Positions 36,545-46,677 are shown, counted from the first letter of the stretch. The stretch is DNA of 64,000 bases from Flectonema sp. DT1601 (GCA_964019425.1 OZ025794.1:1240001-1304000), one strand, 5' to 3'. A program made the numbers and translations. The notes: a model not told the origin generated them from the letters alone.

Positions 36545-36937
36545 ATGTGGCCCTCCTCCCAGCCAAACTCCCAACATGACTGGTGTCTCCAAACGAGGGG
36601 TCGAGCCGAAGCCCGTTTGTCGCCGGAATCGGAAAAGCCACGAGTCCGAAAGGACCGTAACCTCCGAAGAGGCAGCTGCCGTTCCCCCATCATTGGATAA
36701 GTAAAGCGACGATAAGAGTAGTGGTATTTCATTGTTGGTAAACCTCCCACCTATAACTACACCCGACTAGAGTCAAACTCAACAGGGTCTTCTTTCCCCG
36801 CTGACAGTTTCAAGTCCGTTCCCTTGACTGCTGTTCGCCAGATAGTAGGTAGGGGCAGAAGGAATCTCATTGGTCCATTCATGCGCGTCTTTAATTAGAA
36901 GACGAGGCATTTGGCTACCTACCGAGAGTCATCAGTT
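36545..36937 (-). pseudogene. LSU (28S-type) rRNA fragment, approx. helices 69-80, degenerate
   Basis: Minus strand reads GGTAGCCAAATGCCTCGTCTTCTAATTAAAGACGCGCATGAATGG...CAGCGGGGAAAGAAGACCCTGTTGAGTTTGACTCTAGT...TGAAATACCACTACTC...GGGAGTTTGGCTGGG, with an internal deletion and substitutions. Confidence 0.92.
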
Positions 36938-37007
36938 GCAAATTTGTTTTTTCTGGTTGGACTTTGTACGGGACAGGCGGGCTTTTATTAGGGCTCCCCC
37001 CCTTGGG

Positions 37008-37052
37008 GGGGGGCTTGCGTCCCGCCAAGAATTTGGCGGACGCAAGCCCCCC
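37008..37052. other. 20-bp GC-rich hairpin (one bulge, 4-nt loop)
   Basis: GGGGGGCTTGCGTCCCGCCAA-GAAT-TTGGCGGACGCAAGCCCCCC. Confidence 0.9.
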
Positions 37053-37064
37053 TTGCACTCTTCC

Positions 37065-37148
37065 CAGCTTAGTAGGCTAAAAAACAAAAAACCCGCCGCA
37101 AGCCAAATTTTTGGGTCAAGTTCGAGTCCTGGTGGACAACTTTTTTTT
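37065..37148 (+). promoter_or_regulatory. Second, more degenerate tRNA-like Pol III unit
   Basis: A-box-like CAGCTTAGTAGG 37065-37076, B-box-like AGTTCGAGTCC 37119-37129 and T8 at 37141-37148. Confidence 0.5.
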
Positions 37149-37308
37149 GTAGGGAGTTGGCGATTTCGCAAACTATTTTTGTTGAATTAGAGGTTTTCCC
37201 TTTTTTTTTTGTAATTTTTTTTAAACAAAAAAAAAAAATTACCCAAAATAAGAAAATACGTGTTTTTTTTGCTATGCCGATTTTTTCAACATCAGCATAG
37301 TAAAAAAA

Positions 37309-37440
37309 AAAAAACCATTCAGATTAGCCTTATATTTCATTGAACGCAGACAAAATCCTGTTGCATGGGGAAAATAAATCACGGCCATTAGAAATATCAG
37401 TTTTCAATCTGAATAGTTTCTTCTCCGACTACGTCGGTAC
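37309..37440 (-). mobile_element. Family A element, copy 2 (inverted relative to copy 1)
   Basis: Reverse complement matches 24345-24470 except for a few substitutions and a 6-nt indel. Confidence 0.8.
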
Positions 37441-38294
37441 AAAAAAAATTTTTTTTTGACAAGTAGTCTCTCGTATTATTTCAGTCATCTTTTTAATCTA
37501 TTTTCTCCTATTATTTTTCTCTGCAGTACAGCGATGGAGAAAAAAACAAGTTCCACTCCGGATGTTGTTTATTGGTTCATTCATTTCAGTCTTATTATTC
37601 TGTACAAACGAATAAGGAAATAAAAACATCACGGAGGCAGGTAAAGAAAGAAATTTATGTAAGTTATTTTCCCTGGATCTTCGACTTCCCTTGTATTCGG
37701 AAGAAGAAAAAAAAAAAAAAAGGAAAAAACGTCTGAAAAGAAAGTGTTATGTCGTTGTGTAATTCTTTTTTTTGCAAAATGTAAAAGAAAAAAAGAAGAA
37801 AAGAAAAAAGGAAAAAAATAATAAAAAACAAACGGGCAAACGTACTCATACTATCTTCTGTTTTTTTTCGACAAACGAGAATTGATATAAAAAAAAAAAG
37901 AAAAAAAAAAGGAATAAAGAATCATTAAAGAACTTACATTTCTTTTACGTTATTTTGACCCCATTCCGCTTCACTCGAACTTTCGTAATCCAAGGGAGTC
38001 CTTTCGTTCTTTCAAAAAAAAAAAAAAAAAAAAGTTCTGTTCTTTTAAAAATAATATTTCTAAAATGGTGAAAAAAAAAAAAAAAAAAAATAAATAAAAA
38101 TAAAGCTTTAATATTTCACATTCCTTTTTCCTTTTTTCAATAAATCAGGAGTGATCGAACACAAGTTTTTTAAATAATAATAATAATAATAAAAAAAAAT
38201 ACTACTCATGCTTTGGACGATCAGCTGAAGGAATATCACCAATTTAAAGGGCATTCATATTACTCAATTAAAACAGTATCTGCAAATATATAAA

Positions 38295-39203
38295 ATGGAT
38301 ATCGATTCCTGCAGAGTTCTATCCATCCAGAGTCACGTTGTTCACGGATATGTCGGTAATAGATGCGCTACTTTCCCATTACAAATGATGGGATTCGAAG
38401 TCGATGTTATAAACACAGTCCACTTTAGTAATCACACTGGTTATGAAATATTTAAAGGGTCAAGACTGACTGGTGATGACATGACTAAAATAATGAACGG
38501 TTTAGAGATGAATGGTCTTCTCGCAGGATACACACACGTCCTAACTGGGTATATCGGTAACGTCGAATTCGCTGAAAGTATACGAGAATCTATCCAACAA
38601 TTAAAAACCATAAATCCAACAATGCAATATACCTGTGATCCTGTCTTAGGTGACAATGGAAAGTTATACGTCGCTGAAGATATGGTACCGCAATTAAGAG
38701 AGTTGGTGAAAATGTCAGACTACGCAACACCTAATCAATTTGAAGCAGAAGTATTAACAGGAACTTCAATCACATGTATGAAAGATGCTATTAAAGTTTG
38801 TGATATAATTCTTTCTTGGGGTGTAAAAAGAGTTGTCATCACAAGTGTAGAGTTCGCATCAGATCCCTCAACACTTCATGTTGTTGGAACTGACGGGTCG
38901 GGTTCTTATTATAAAATATCAGTTCCCAAACTTGATATTTATTTTTCAGGTACTGGTGACCTTACGACAGCATTACTTCTTGGATGGGGTGCTGTTGAAA
39001 ATTCTCTTCCAAAATCGCTTGAAAAAGCAATTGCAGGAGTTCAAGCGGCAATATCAAAAACAACTGACCGATACAACACCATCAAAGACACCATAGAAGG
39101 TAAATCAGATACTATGCGAGCAAAGGAACTTCAAATTATAAAAGCACGTTTTCAAATTTCAAATCCGATTTTAAAGCATCGGGCGGAACAGATATCACTC
39201 TAG
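38295..39203 (+). CDS. PDXK: Pyridoxal kinase
   Basis: RVLSIQSHVVHGYVGN, FSNHTGY, CDPVLGDNGKLYV, TPNQFEAE and GTGDL. Confidence 0.95.
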   Translation: MDIDSCRVLSIQSHVVHGYVGNRCATFPLQMMGFEVDVINTVHFSNHTGYEIFKGSRLTGDDMTKIMNGLEMNGLLAGYTHVLTGYIGNVEFAESIRESIQQLKTINPTMQYTCDPVLGDNGKLYVAEDMVPQLRELVKMSDYATPNQFEAEVLTGTSITCMKDAIKVCDIILSWGVKRVVITSVEFASDPSTLHVVGTDGSGSYYKISVPKLDIYFSGTGDLTTALLLGWGAVENSLPKSLEKAIAGVQAAISKTTDRYNTIKDTIEGKSDTMRAKELQIIKARFQISNPILKHRAEQISL

Positions 39204-39222
39204 AAGTCAACGAGAAAGAATC

Positions 39223-39254
<32 letters not shown>

Positions 39255-39437
39255 CATAATTCCAACACGTAAGGTAATTATTGTCCACCACTCACTCATC
39301 TATTGTGAGTTGTCAGGTTTTTTAAAAAGTTCATTATTATTATTATTATTATTACCTGCATTCTTTCTGAGAATAATTTAAAACACATTCTTCACAAGGT
39401 CATTACTATACACTAATTATACAGGACTACAGGTGAT

Positions 39438-41053
39438 ATGTTGCTGCACATCCCTCCGGATTTGTCCGGAGATGCTTCTGAGGATGGGAGACTTATTGGA
39501 AGGTATGTTTTGTTGTTGTACTTTGATAGTGTGTCAGCCAGTACAAAGCAGCATCATATAAAAACACGCACAGAGCCAGCAAGACATCATCAAGAAGATT
39601 GAGTGATTTAAAAAGAGTTGGGATTCCAGGGGGAGGATCGTCATTGTCGCCTCCTACAGAAGACGACCTCGCTCATATTTCAATGGAGGCTATGAAATGG
39701 GCAGAAGTCAGAACGACGGTTTCATCAAAGGCTAAAGAGATTGGCGCAGATGCTAATACGGAATCGGGTTCAAAAACAAACGAGCCTCAAGTTTCTGAAG
39801 AGTGGTACTTAGCTCCACAACAAGTCCTTCCAATGCCAATCCCTTCAAGTTCTGGATTGTCATTACTACTGAGTGGGGATAGGAACCCGGGATATGGAAG
39901 GACTCGGTTTATGAATTTAAAAATATTTTGTCCATTCATACAACCAACTCCACCTGGAAGGATGTCTCCCGTAACAGTTACGGTACCTGACCATGCAAAT
40001 GTTAGTGAGGTGGTTAGGGCGTGTTTGAGAGTGTTGAGAGAAGAAAATCCTGACTTACACATCAATCTAAACCCTGACGCATATCGACTTCGGGTAGCTG
40101 AAGATGAGACTGGCAGACCTGATGAAGACCTTCCCGTCTTAGATAGGAAAACAAGTTTTCGAAAGATGGGGATTGATACCTTAGTATTATCCCTGACAGC
40201 TACTAGTCAGTTATCAGCTGGTTTTGAATCACCTCAACGTTGCAATACGTACGAAGATATTTTCATTAAAGTTTTATATGGCAGTGAACGAAAACGACAC
40301 CGAAGAGTAACCCTTCCACCAGATGCTTTATTCAAGGACTCTCTTGCATTGATATGTGAAAGGTTAAAGAAAGATACTTCAAAATACACGGTAAAACTAA
40401 TTCTCGATGGCATTGAAAAGGATGCTTTAGGTGATGACTACATACCAGTTGGTGAACGTACCCTTGGAACTTTACACAGACACTTTGGTGTCAGGGAAAT
40501 ATACCTGAAATCAAAAGGTAAGGAAGATGAGGATGCTGAGTCAGACAGCTCAGCTGATGTTCCGAAAACACGTGCTGCAATGTTCTGTGATTGGGATGAA
40601 GCCAGTGCTTCTAGATACACTGAATATCACGTAATTAAGATTAACAAATTCGGATCTAGACAACCTCGTACACTCGGAATTGATCGTGAAAAGATATACA
40701 ACATGATGAGAGGTACAAAAGGTCAAAAAACTAGAAACCCAGAGAGATCGCTCAGTGATATTATTTTCATTCGAACGTTTGATGATAAACCAAATTATTT
40801 TGAAATCGAATATAAAAATAGTAAATCTGGAAAAGATCAAATTGAATGTCAATCTCCGATGGAGGCTCATGAGATATCAACAAAAGTTCGATTTCTTCTT
40901 GAGCTTCATAAGAAAATGCAATCTGCACAAACGTCATTACAACCAGAGAAGAAGACTTCCCTCCTCCCTATGGTCGGAATGGATAAACTGCTAGCTAAGA
41001 TAACACCTCAAGTACTACACTCACCAAGGGGAGAGAGGTCCAAGGAATACTGA
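39438..41053 (+). CDS. SIN1/Avo1-like TORC2 subunit (CRIM and PH domains); exons 39438-39502, 39574-41053
   Basis: CRIM-like NPDAYRLRVAEDETGRPDEDLPVLDR and PH-like YHVIKINKFGSRQPRTLGID. An upstream ATG exon splices in frame. Confidence 0.75.
39503..39573 (+). other. GT-AG intron, 71 nt
   Basis: GTATGT...ATAAAAACACGCACAG; supplies an ATG to the TTG-started ORF 39599. Confidence 0.75.
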
Positions 41054-41384
41054 TGATTTGATGTTTTTCGTTTTTTGTTTCGCTCAGCACTTTTTTGTCT
41101 TCACTCATTTTTTTTATTTGATTTGATTTGAATTTTTTTTTCTTTTTTTTTTTAGTTTTGGTTTGGTCCTAATGTTGGCTTGTTCGATTCGTTGAAGCAT
41201 TGTTTTTGTTTCTAATTCTTCTGTGATTAGTTTTCTTTTCTTTTTTTTTTTTCAATAACCATATTCCAACTTCCACTAGACAATGAAATGAACCCGAAAA
41301 AAGGAAACATTGAACAAAACAAACGAATTATTTCATTTTATCTGATTCCCTCTCAATCTAAATAGATATTACACAAATAACAAA

Positions 41385-41636
41385 ATGGACGGAATCGGAC
41401 TCGATGCCTCACACGGAAAGGGAGTAGCGGGTGCTGCATGTGCCCAAGCAAAAGCTAACCTGTGCAATGTTCTTGATGATAAATACGCCAAGTACACTGC
41501 GGAGTTCAACGTACATAAGAAAGGTTTAGAAACTGCTGCAAACAAGATGTACACCGAATCCATGTACCTTAAAGGTGATGGGTGCTCTGCCCCTCAATAT
41601 CCAGTGATCGGAGGATACACTTGGCACAAACCATAA
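41385..41636 (+). CDS. Small hypothetical protein, 83 aa
   Basis: ATG ORF with coding-like, homopolymer-free composition between typical UTR tracts. Confidence 0.6.
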   Translation: MDGIGLDASHGKGVAGAACAQAKANLCNVLDDKYAKYTAEFNVHKKGLETAANKMYTESMYLKGDGCSAPQYPVIGGYTWHKP

Positions 41637-41982
41637 GCGAAAAAAAAACAATTTCTTTTTGCTGTCTGGAGTACGAGTTCCCAAAGTACACAATCCACGA
41701 AGAAAAAAAAACAACAACTCCCATTTAATAACTAACTGTCAAAGAAAAAAAAAAAAAAAAAAAGGGTAAAAAATACAAAAGGGAAATCCTTTTGATCAGG
41801 TATCCACCTGCAGTTACACTCATAAAAAAAAAAACTTAAGTATAAGACGTGTTTGTTGATTAACTTTTTCAGTTAACAGATTATTATGGTATGAACCTGT
41901 ATAGCTTACTGTTGAATGTTAGAAGTGATTGTATCAGATTAATTTAGTTATTTTATTGAAAGGATCCCCATAAAACATAGAG

Positions 41983-44334
41983 ATGGGGGGACAGGATAGT
42001 GACAAGTACCTGTTAGATGATAGTAATTCTAACGACGTTATAACTTTAGCATCTCATGTGACGAACTCTCAAAAAGAAGTAGTAGTCGTGTCTTTGGGAT
42101 CGTTGAAGACTTTTTTACAAACTGATTTACTGAAAGCTGAAACTCTGAAATCTGCACCGGTGTATTTCCTATGGTTGGCGGCTTTGACTACTTTGATTAT
42201 GATCAGTCAGGTTGGGAATATAAAAGCATACAATGTTTTGTATCATTTGGAACACGCTCATCACCAAGATTTAGAATTAGATATGTGGAATCGAATAACC
42301 ACCGCAAACGAGTTCTGGGGTTGGGCAGATAAAGTTGCAGAACATTTATGGTTGAGAGATGTTCATCCGATGAATTTCCCACTTGGATATTTCTTACTGA
42401 GACAGTTTCGTGTAGCCCCCCAAGAATATAACATCCCCCAAGTCATAACTATGAATGAATCATTAAAACTTCCCAAAACAACATATCCAGAATGGAGTGA
42501 TGGCAGCCCAAGTACGGCAACATTTGGACCCAGAACTCTTCCTTTCATACCCGACAGTCAAAAGACTAGTCGAGTTAATGTCCTGTCTGTGGCTACCAAA
42601 TTCAATGTTTATAATACGGAATACGCGTTTTCTGCTCCGTTGGCGTATTCTACTCCTTTGCCTGAAATTAAAAATCAACTTGCTGGATTAAAAAATGATA
42701 GTTGGATTGATGCCTCGACGAGGATTATCGTTGTTGACATACTGACGTATAATCCGGCAATCGGATCATTTGCGGCGAATCATTTGTTCGTTGAGATTTT
42801 TGCTTCCGGTAGTTCCGTTCCTTCGACTAAGGCATATCCGTTTAATATAATATCATTCAGCTCATCACTTAGACGATTTACATTCGCAATGGATATTGCG
42901 GTGATCCTTGGTGGGTTTGTGATATTGGTTAACATATTCGCAACTGTAAAAACAAATTGGGGATTGGGAATTCCAGTTATATCGATATGGGAAATCTTTG
43001 ACTTGTTATTGTTAATATTTCTTGGTATTGGTTATGGCTTTAGAATGTCCTTATGGCTAGAGGTTCCGGAGTTGGCACACAGTACCTCAGATGAATCAAA
43101 TAAAGAAATGTATCAAATCTTATTTCAGTATGGGTACAACTTTGAAAGGTCGAATACTTACCTCGCATGTTCAGTAACCATGGCTTGGGTTCGTTCTCTT
43201 AAAATCTTACAATACTCAGAGAGGTTGGGAGTTCTGTCATTAACGATAAAGTTTGCTGCGGGAGAGTTATTCTCACTGGCAATTATTTTTATATTCGTCT
43301 TGGCTGGATATTCTGTTGGAGCAACTGCTTTATTCGGAGCAGATTTCGAGCAATTTTCTTCTGTTCAAAACAGTGTTGGCTACCTGACCAGAATGCTAAT
43401 TTCTGCAGAAATCGGATCTGACTGGACTACACTGCAGTCTATTCACCCAAGGTTTGTTTGGCCATTTATGGGATCGTTTATGTTGTTGTCATGGCTTTTA
43501 TTACTGAACATGGTTCTTGCTATTGTGAGTGGTAGTTTCGCATCAGTTCAGGCAGCTTGTGGAGGTAAGGTTGCGGATTGGTCTTTTGGTAGTTTAAAAG
43601 ATGATTTATTACTACTAAATAAATCGATGCCGTGGAGCAGAAATAAAAATCATAATAAAAAGCAAAAGGGTAGGCGGAAGAAGACGATACGAATAATTAT
43701 AGCTGAGATAAAATGTCATTCAGAAGGAAAACTTTACGATATGAAACTTGAGGAATGGACCCATCTTGTGAGAGAACAATATTCTCACACTGAAGCAAGA
43801 CGGATTTTTGAACGAGCGGAGAAAGATCCTCGAACAATGGTTGAGAATAAACAAATTCTAGATAACAGTACTGTTGATGATGAGATAAAGAGTTTATCTG
43901 ATACTCATATTTCACAAGTCTCACTTGGAAATGTTAAATCCGAGGAACTCTTAGAAATAAATGAACAATTACAATACATCAGATCCTTACTAGAGATTGG
44001 AAGACTTTCAAATCCGAGAGCAACAGCAACACCCGTCACCACCACACCACCAGTATTTAATAATGATAATGATAGTAGGGAAGGAGGTGTTCCTGTCTCT
44101 AGGAAGTCTCCATCTCACAAACCTATGCAAAATCCGATACAGCCACCTCAAAGAACATCAGCTTCTGTTATATCCCCATCGAGTAATAACACTTCTAATT
44201 ATAATAGTTACCATGTTCCAAGTAGAAGAAATAGTAATGTTAATAGCGCCAACAACAGCAGTCTTCTTATGTCCGCTTTAGACGAACGTCCGACTGTTGT
44301 TGTTTCTGTGAATAATCGTAGAAGGAAAAGATAA
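41983..44334 (+). CDS. Polycystin-2 (PKD2/TRPP)-like cation channel
   Basis: EFWGW, LLRQFRV, LKNDSWIDASTR, WVRSLKILQY and LLLLNMVLAIVSGSF; multi-TM layout. Confidence 0.9.
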   Translation: MGGQDSDKYLLDDSNSNDVITLASHVTNSQKEVVVVSLGSLKTFLQTDLLKAETLKSAPVYFLWLAALTTLIMISQVGNIKAYNVLYHLEHAHHQDLELDMWNRITTANEFWGWADKVAEHLWLRDVHPMNFPLGYFLLRQFRVAPQEYNIPQVITMNESLKLPKTTYPEWSDGSPSTATFGPRTLPFIPDSQKTSRVNVLSVATKFNVYNTEYAFSAPLAYSTPLPEIKNQLAGLKNDSWIDASTRIIVVDILTYNPAIGSFAANHLFVEIFASGSSVPSTKAYPFNIISFSSSLRRFTFAMDIAVILGGFVILVNIFATVKTNWGLGIPVISIWEIFDLLLLIFLGIGYGFRMSLWLEVPELAHSTSDESNKEMYQILFQYGYNFERSNTYLACSVTMAWVRSLKILQYSERLGVLSLTIKFAAGELFSLAIIFIFVLAGYSVGATALFGADFEQFSSVQNSVGYLTRMLISAEIGSDWTTLQSIHPRFVWPFMGSFMLLSWLLLLNMVLAIVSGSFASVQAACGGKVADWSFGSLKDDLLLLNKSMPWSRNKNHNKKQKGRRKKTIRIIIAEIKCHSEGKLYDMKLEEWTHLVREQYSHTEARRIFERAEKDPRTMVENKQILDNSTVDDEIKSLSDTHISQVSLGNVKSEELLEINEQLQYIRSLLEIGRLSNPRATATPVTTTPPVFNNDNDSREGGVPVSRKSPSHKPMQNPIQPPQRTSASVISPSSNNTSNYNSYHVPSRRNSNVNSANNSSLLMSALDERPTVVVSVNNRRRKR

Positions 44335-45207
44335 TCTTTTCAACTTACTGACATCCACACCAACATCAGATGGTTATCGTATTTGGTGTTTTGGCTTTTA
44401 TTTTTATTTTACGGAATTAACTCTTCCTGTGTGTGTGTGAGGGGGAGAGTGATAAGGTGGACCAAAACGAGAAAAAAAATGAACTTCTTTTTTTGTGAAA
44501 TTTTTTTTTTTTTTTTTCAGGTGTTCCTTCGTTTCTTCTTCACGAACTGTTTTAGAAATTTCTCCCCTTTTTTTTTCGTTCTTGCTTAATTATTTATCAT
44601 TCAGCATGTTGACTTCTTTGTAAATGGGAAATCATCCATACATAAGTCTATTAGTATTATTATTATTATCGTTTAATGGTGTTTTTCTACTGCTTTAATT
44701 CGCGAGATGAATGGTACGTGAGTTACCTCGGCATGGGTTTTTTAATGTTCCACACTGTTATCATTTGCCCTGTTGGCTAGATGCATTAATTATTTCTGAG
44801 CTTTCCTACGGCTGTCCCATTTTTGCAATTACTACATAAGTAGTTCTATGCACGTGTGTGTTTTTTTTTTTTTTTTTTTTTTTAAATAAACACGACGACA
44901 GAATCATAATTGTAAAATAAATAAAAGGGGCGAACATATACGGCAATGCGAAGTATTCTTTTTTCCTTTCCTTTTTTTTTTCCTCTTCTTTTTTTATTTT
45001 TTCTCTCCTCAGAAGAGTATGTTTATTATTTATTAACTGAATTGTATGTATTCTTTTCCTTCTCCCTCCACCAAAGAAACTTGGCAAAATATTACGATTG
45101 CCTGTTTTATGGTGACGGTTCTTTTGTTTTTATTTTTGTGCAAAGACCAGCAGTACTCTTCCTAGATAGCTCTTTTCGTATCGTCCCAACATAACGACGG
45201 TATGTGT

Positions 45208-45312
45208 ATCCCCAAATTACCAGATTCGACAACGTCTTCTGGTCAATATGACAAGAAATATATTTCCCTTTTTTTTTTCAAAACGTTCCTTTCTTTGATA
45301 AGCAACTTCAAC
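45208..45312 (+). repeat. Dispersed repeat family B, 5' partial copy
   Basis: ATCCCCAAATTACCAGATTCGACAACGTCTTCTGGTCAATATGACAAGAAATATATTTCCC is nearly identical to the sequence from 45696 onward. Confidence 0.9.
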
Positions 45313-45695
45313 AACGAGACAATAAGTGAAACCTACTCTGCCATACATTGTACCTTAGTTTTGGTTTCTCAGGGCTCACGATTATTTCGTAATTGAATAA
45401 CTCGATTCCGTACTGCACTGAATGACACCACAGAAAAAGATACATATATTCAGATATGTTAGAAATATTTATTATATTGTAGGGCATGTACGTCATTTGC
45501 AGATTGTTAGCCTATATTAACATTATTAGTACTGTGTCGTGAGTTTTTTTTTTATTTCACTATATAGCTTTGATACAATATAGAGATTTATATTCGTATA
45601 AACCAAATCAACCTCATCCGTAACAGATGTTAATTATCGTTATGTTTGTGATACAATTCAAACATTCAACCTCCCCAGCTTGGTGATAGTACGTG

Positions 45696-45904
45696 ATCCC
45701 CAAATTACCAGATTCGACGACGTATTCTGGTCAATATGACAAGAAATATATTTCCCTTTTTTATGCAATCTTTTTTCTAAACGTACCTTTACTTTGATTA
45801 ACAACTACAAATAATTTTATTCAGTCAAAGTGCTTGATATTAATTTTATTTTAATACCCTAAAGTTGTTACTGTTTCTTACGTTGTCAAAGTTTCAGCCC
45901 TCCC
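45696..45904 (+). repeat. Dispersed repeat family B, longest copy
   Basis: Overlaps in sequence with all three other copies. Confidence 0.85.
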
Positions 45905-46677
45905 GCCTTTGGTTTTTTTGCTTATGGTACTTTTTGGTTATTGTTCTTGTAGTCTTTAGGGTAAGTCTTCTTGAACATTGGATACCCACTGTGTGCCAGT
46001 GTTTTATAATAGACTTACTCACATTGTTTTCGTATTCGTCTCGTGCCTTTGCTAAATTACTAGCTGCCTGTTGCAGATCACCAGCGTGATTTTAATTCCT
46101 TTTTTTTTTTTTTTTTTTTTCCCTTGATTGTTGATGTTCAGTTGTCAGACATAACAATCCAAGTATGAATGAGTCTACTTATGTTGCTTCGTAGCTCTAG
46201 GGAGTTAACCTGATGCTCTCCTTTGTTTAATGTATCAGTGATGCTCAGAAAGTAGTGTATTGGACTTCCTTATCTATCTATCAGACATGAAAACCACCAA
46301 TATGATATTTACTCTCTTTGAAACAAGCATATGACTACTGGCAGGATCAACCAGGTTTCTTGTTACTCTAACCAACAGGGAGTACCCGAAAGTACGCACC
46401 CGAGAGTTGAAAGCATCAAGACGTTGGTTGTCTCTTTTTTTCCGCAGTTCTGATAGAGGCAGTCACCACCAAACCTTTCGGTCAGCAGCAGCTTCTCTAT
46501 AGAACTTGTGATGGTTTTCACCATCGTGCCTTCCAGAATGTTTAGTTTTTATTTTATTCCTCTCACAGGATGATGAGATCAGGTTTACAGAGTGCTTAAG
46601 ATAGAAATCAATACGTTGATTTGATTAACTTAATAAATAAATTCATTATCAGGTTAGCAACAATAACAATACCAAGA

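Larger units (their letters stand above)
36024..37200. mobile_element. Non-autonomous TIR DNA transposon (Mutator/Pack-like) carrying tRNA-like and rRNA-derived cargo
   Basis: TIRs 36024-36070 (GGGAAAACCCCTAATTCCACAAAAATAGTTTGCGAAATCGCCAACTC) and 37154-37200 match at 45/47. T-runs of at least 10 nt lie directly outside both ends. No transposase ORF. Confidence 0.85.

Noticed and set aside
36636..36672. Hammerhead-like GAGTCCGAAAGGAC
   Set aside because: Lacks the CTGATGA and GAAA core; it lies in an rRNA expansion segment on the other strand.
36545..36937. Functional rRNA gene
   Set aside because: Short, internally deleted, mutated in conserved H69-71 and P-loop sequence, and enclosed in TIRs.
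36489..37190. Short ORFs inside the TIR element
   Set aside because: Chance frames across rRNA and hairpin sequence; no transposase or nuclease motifs.
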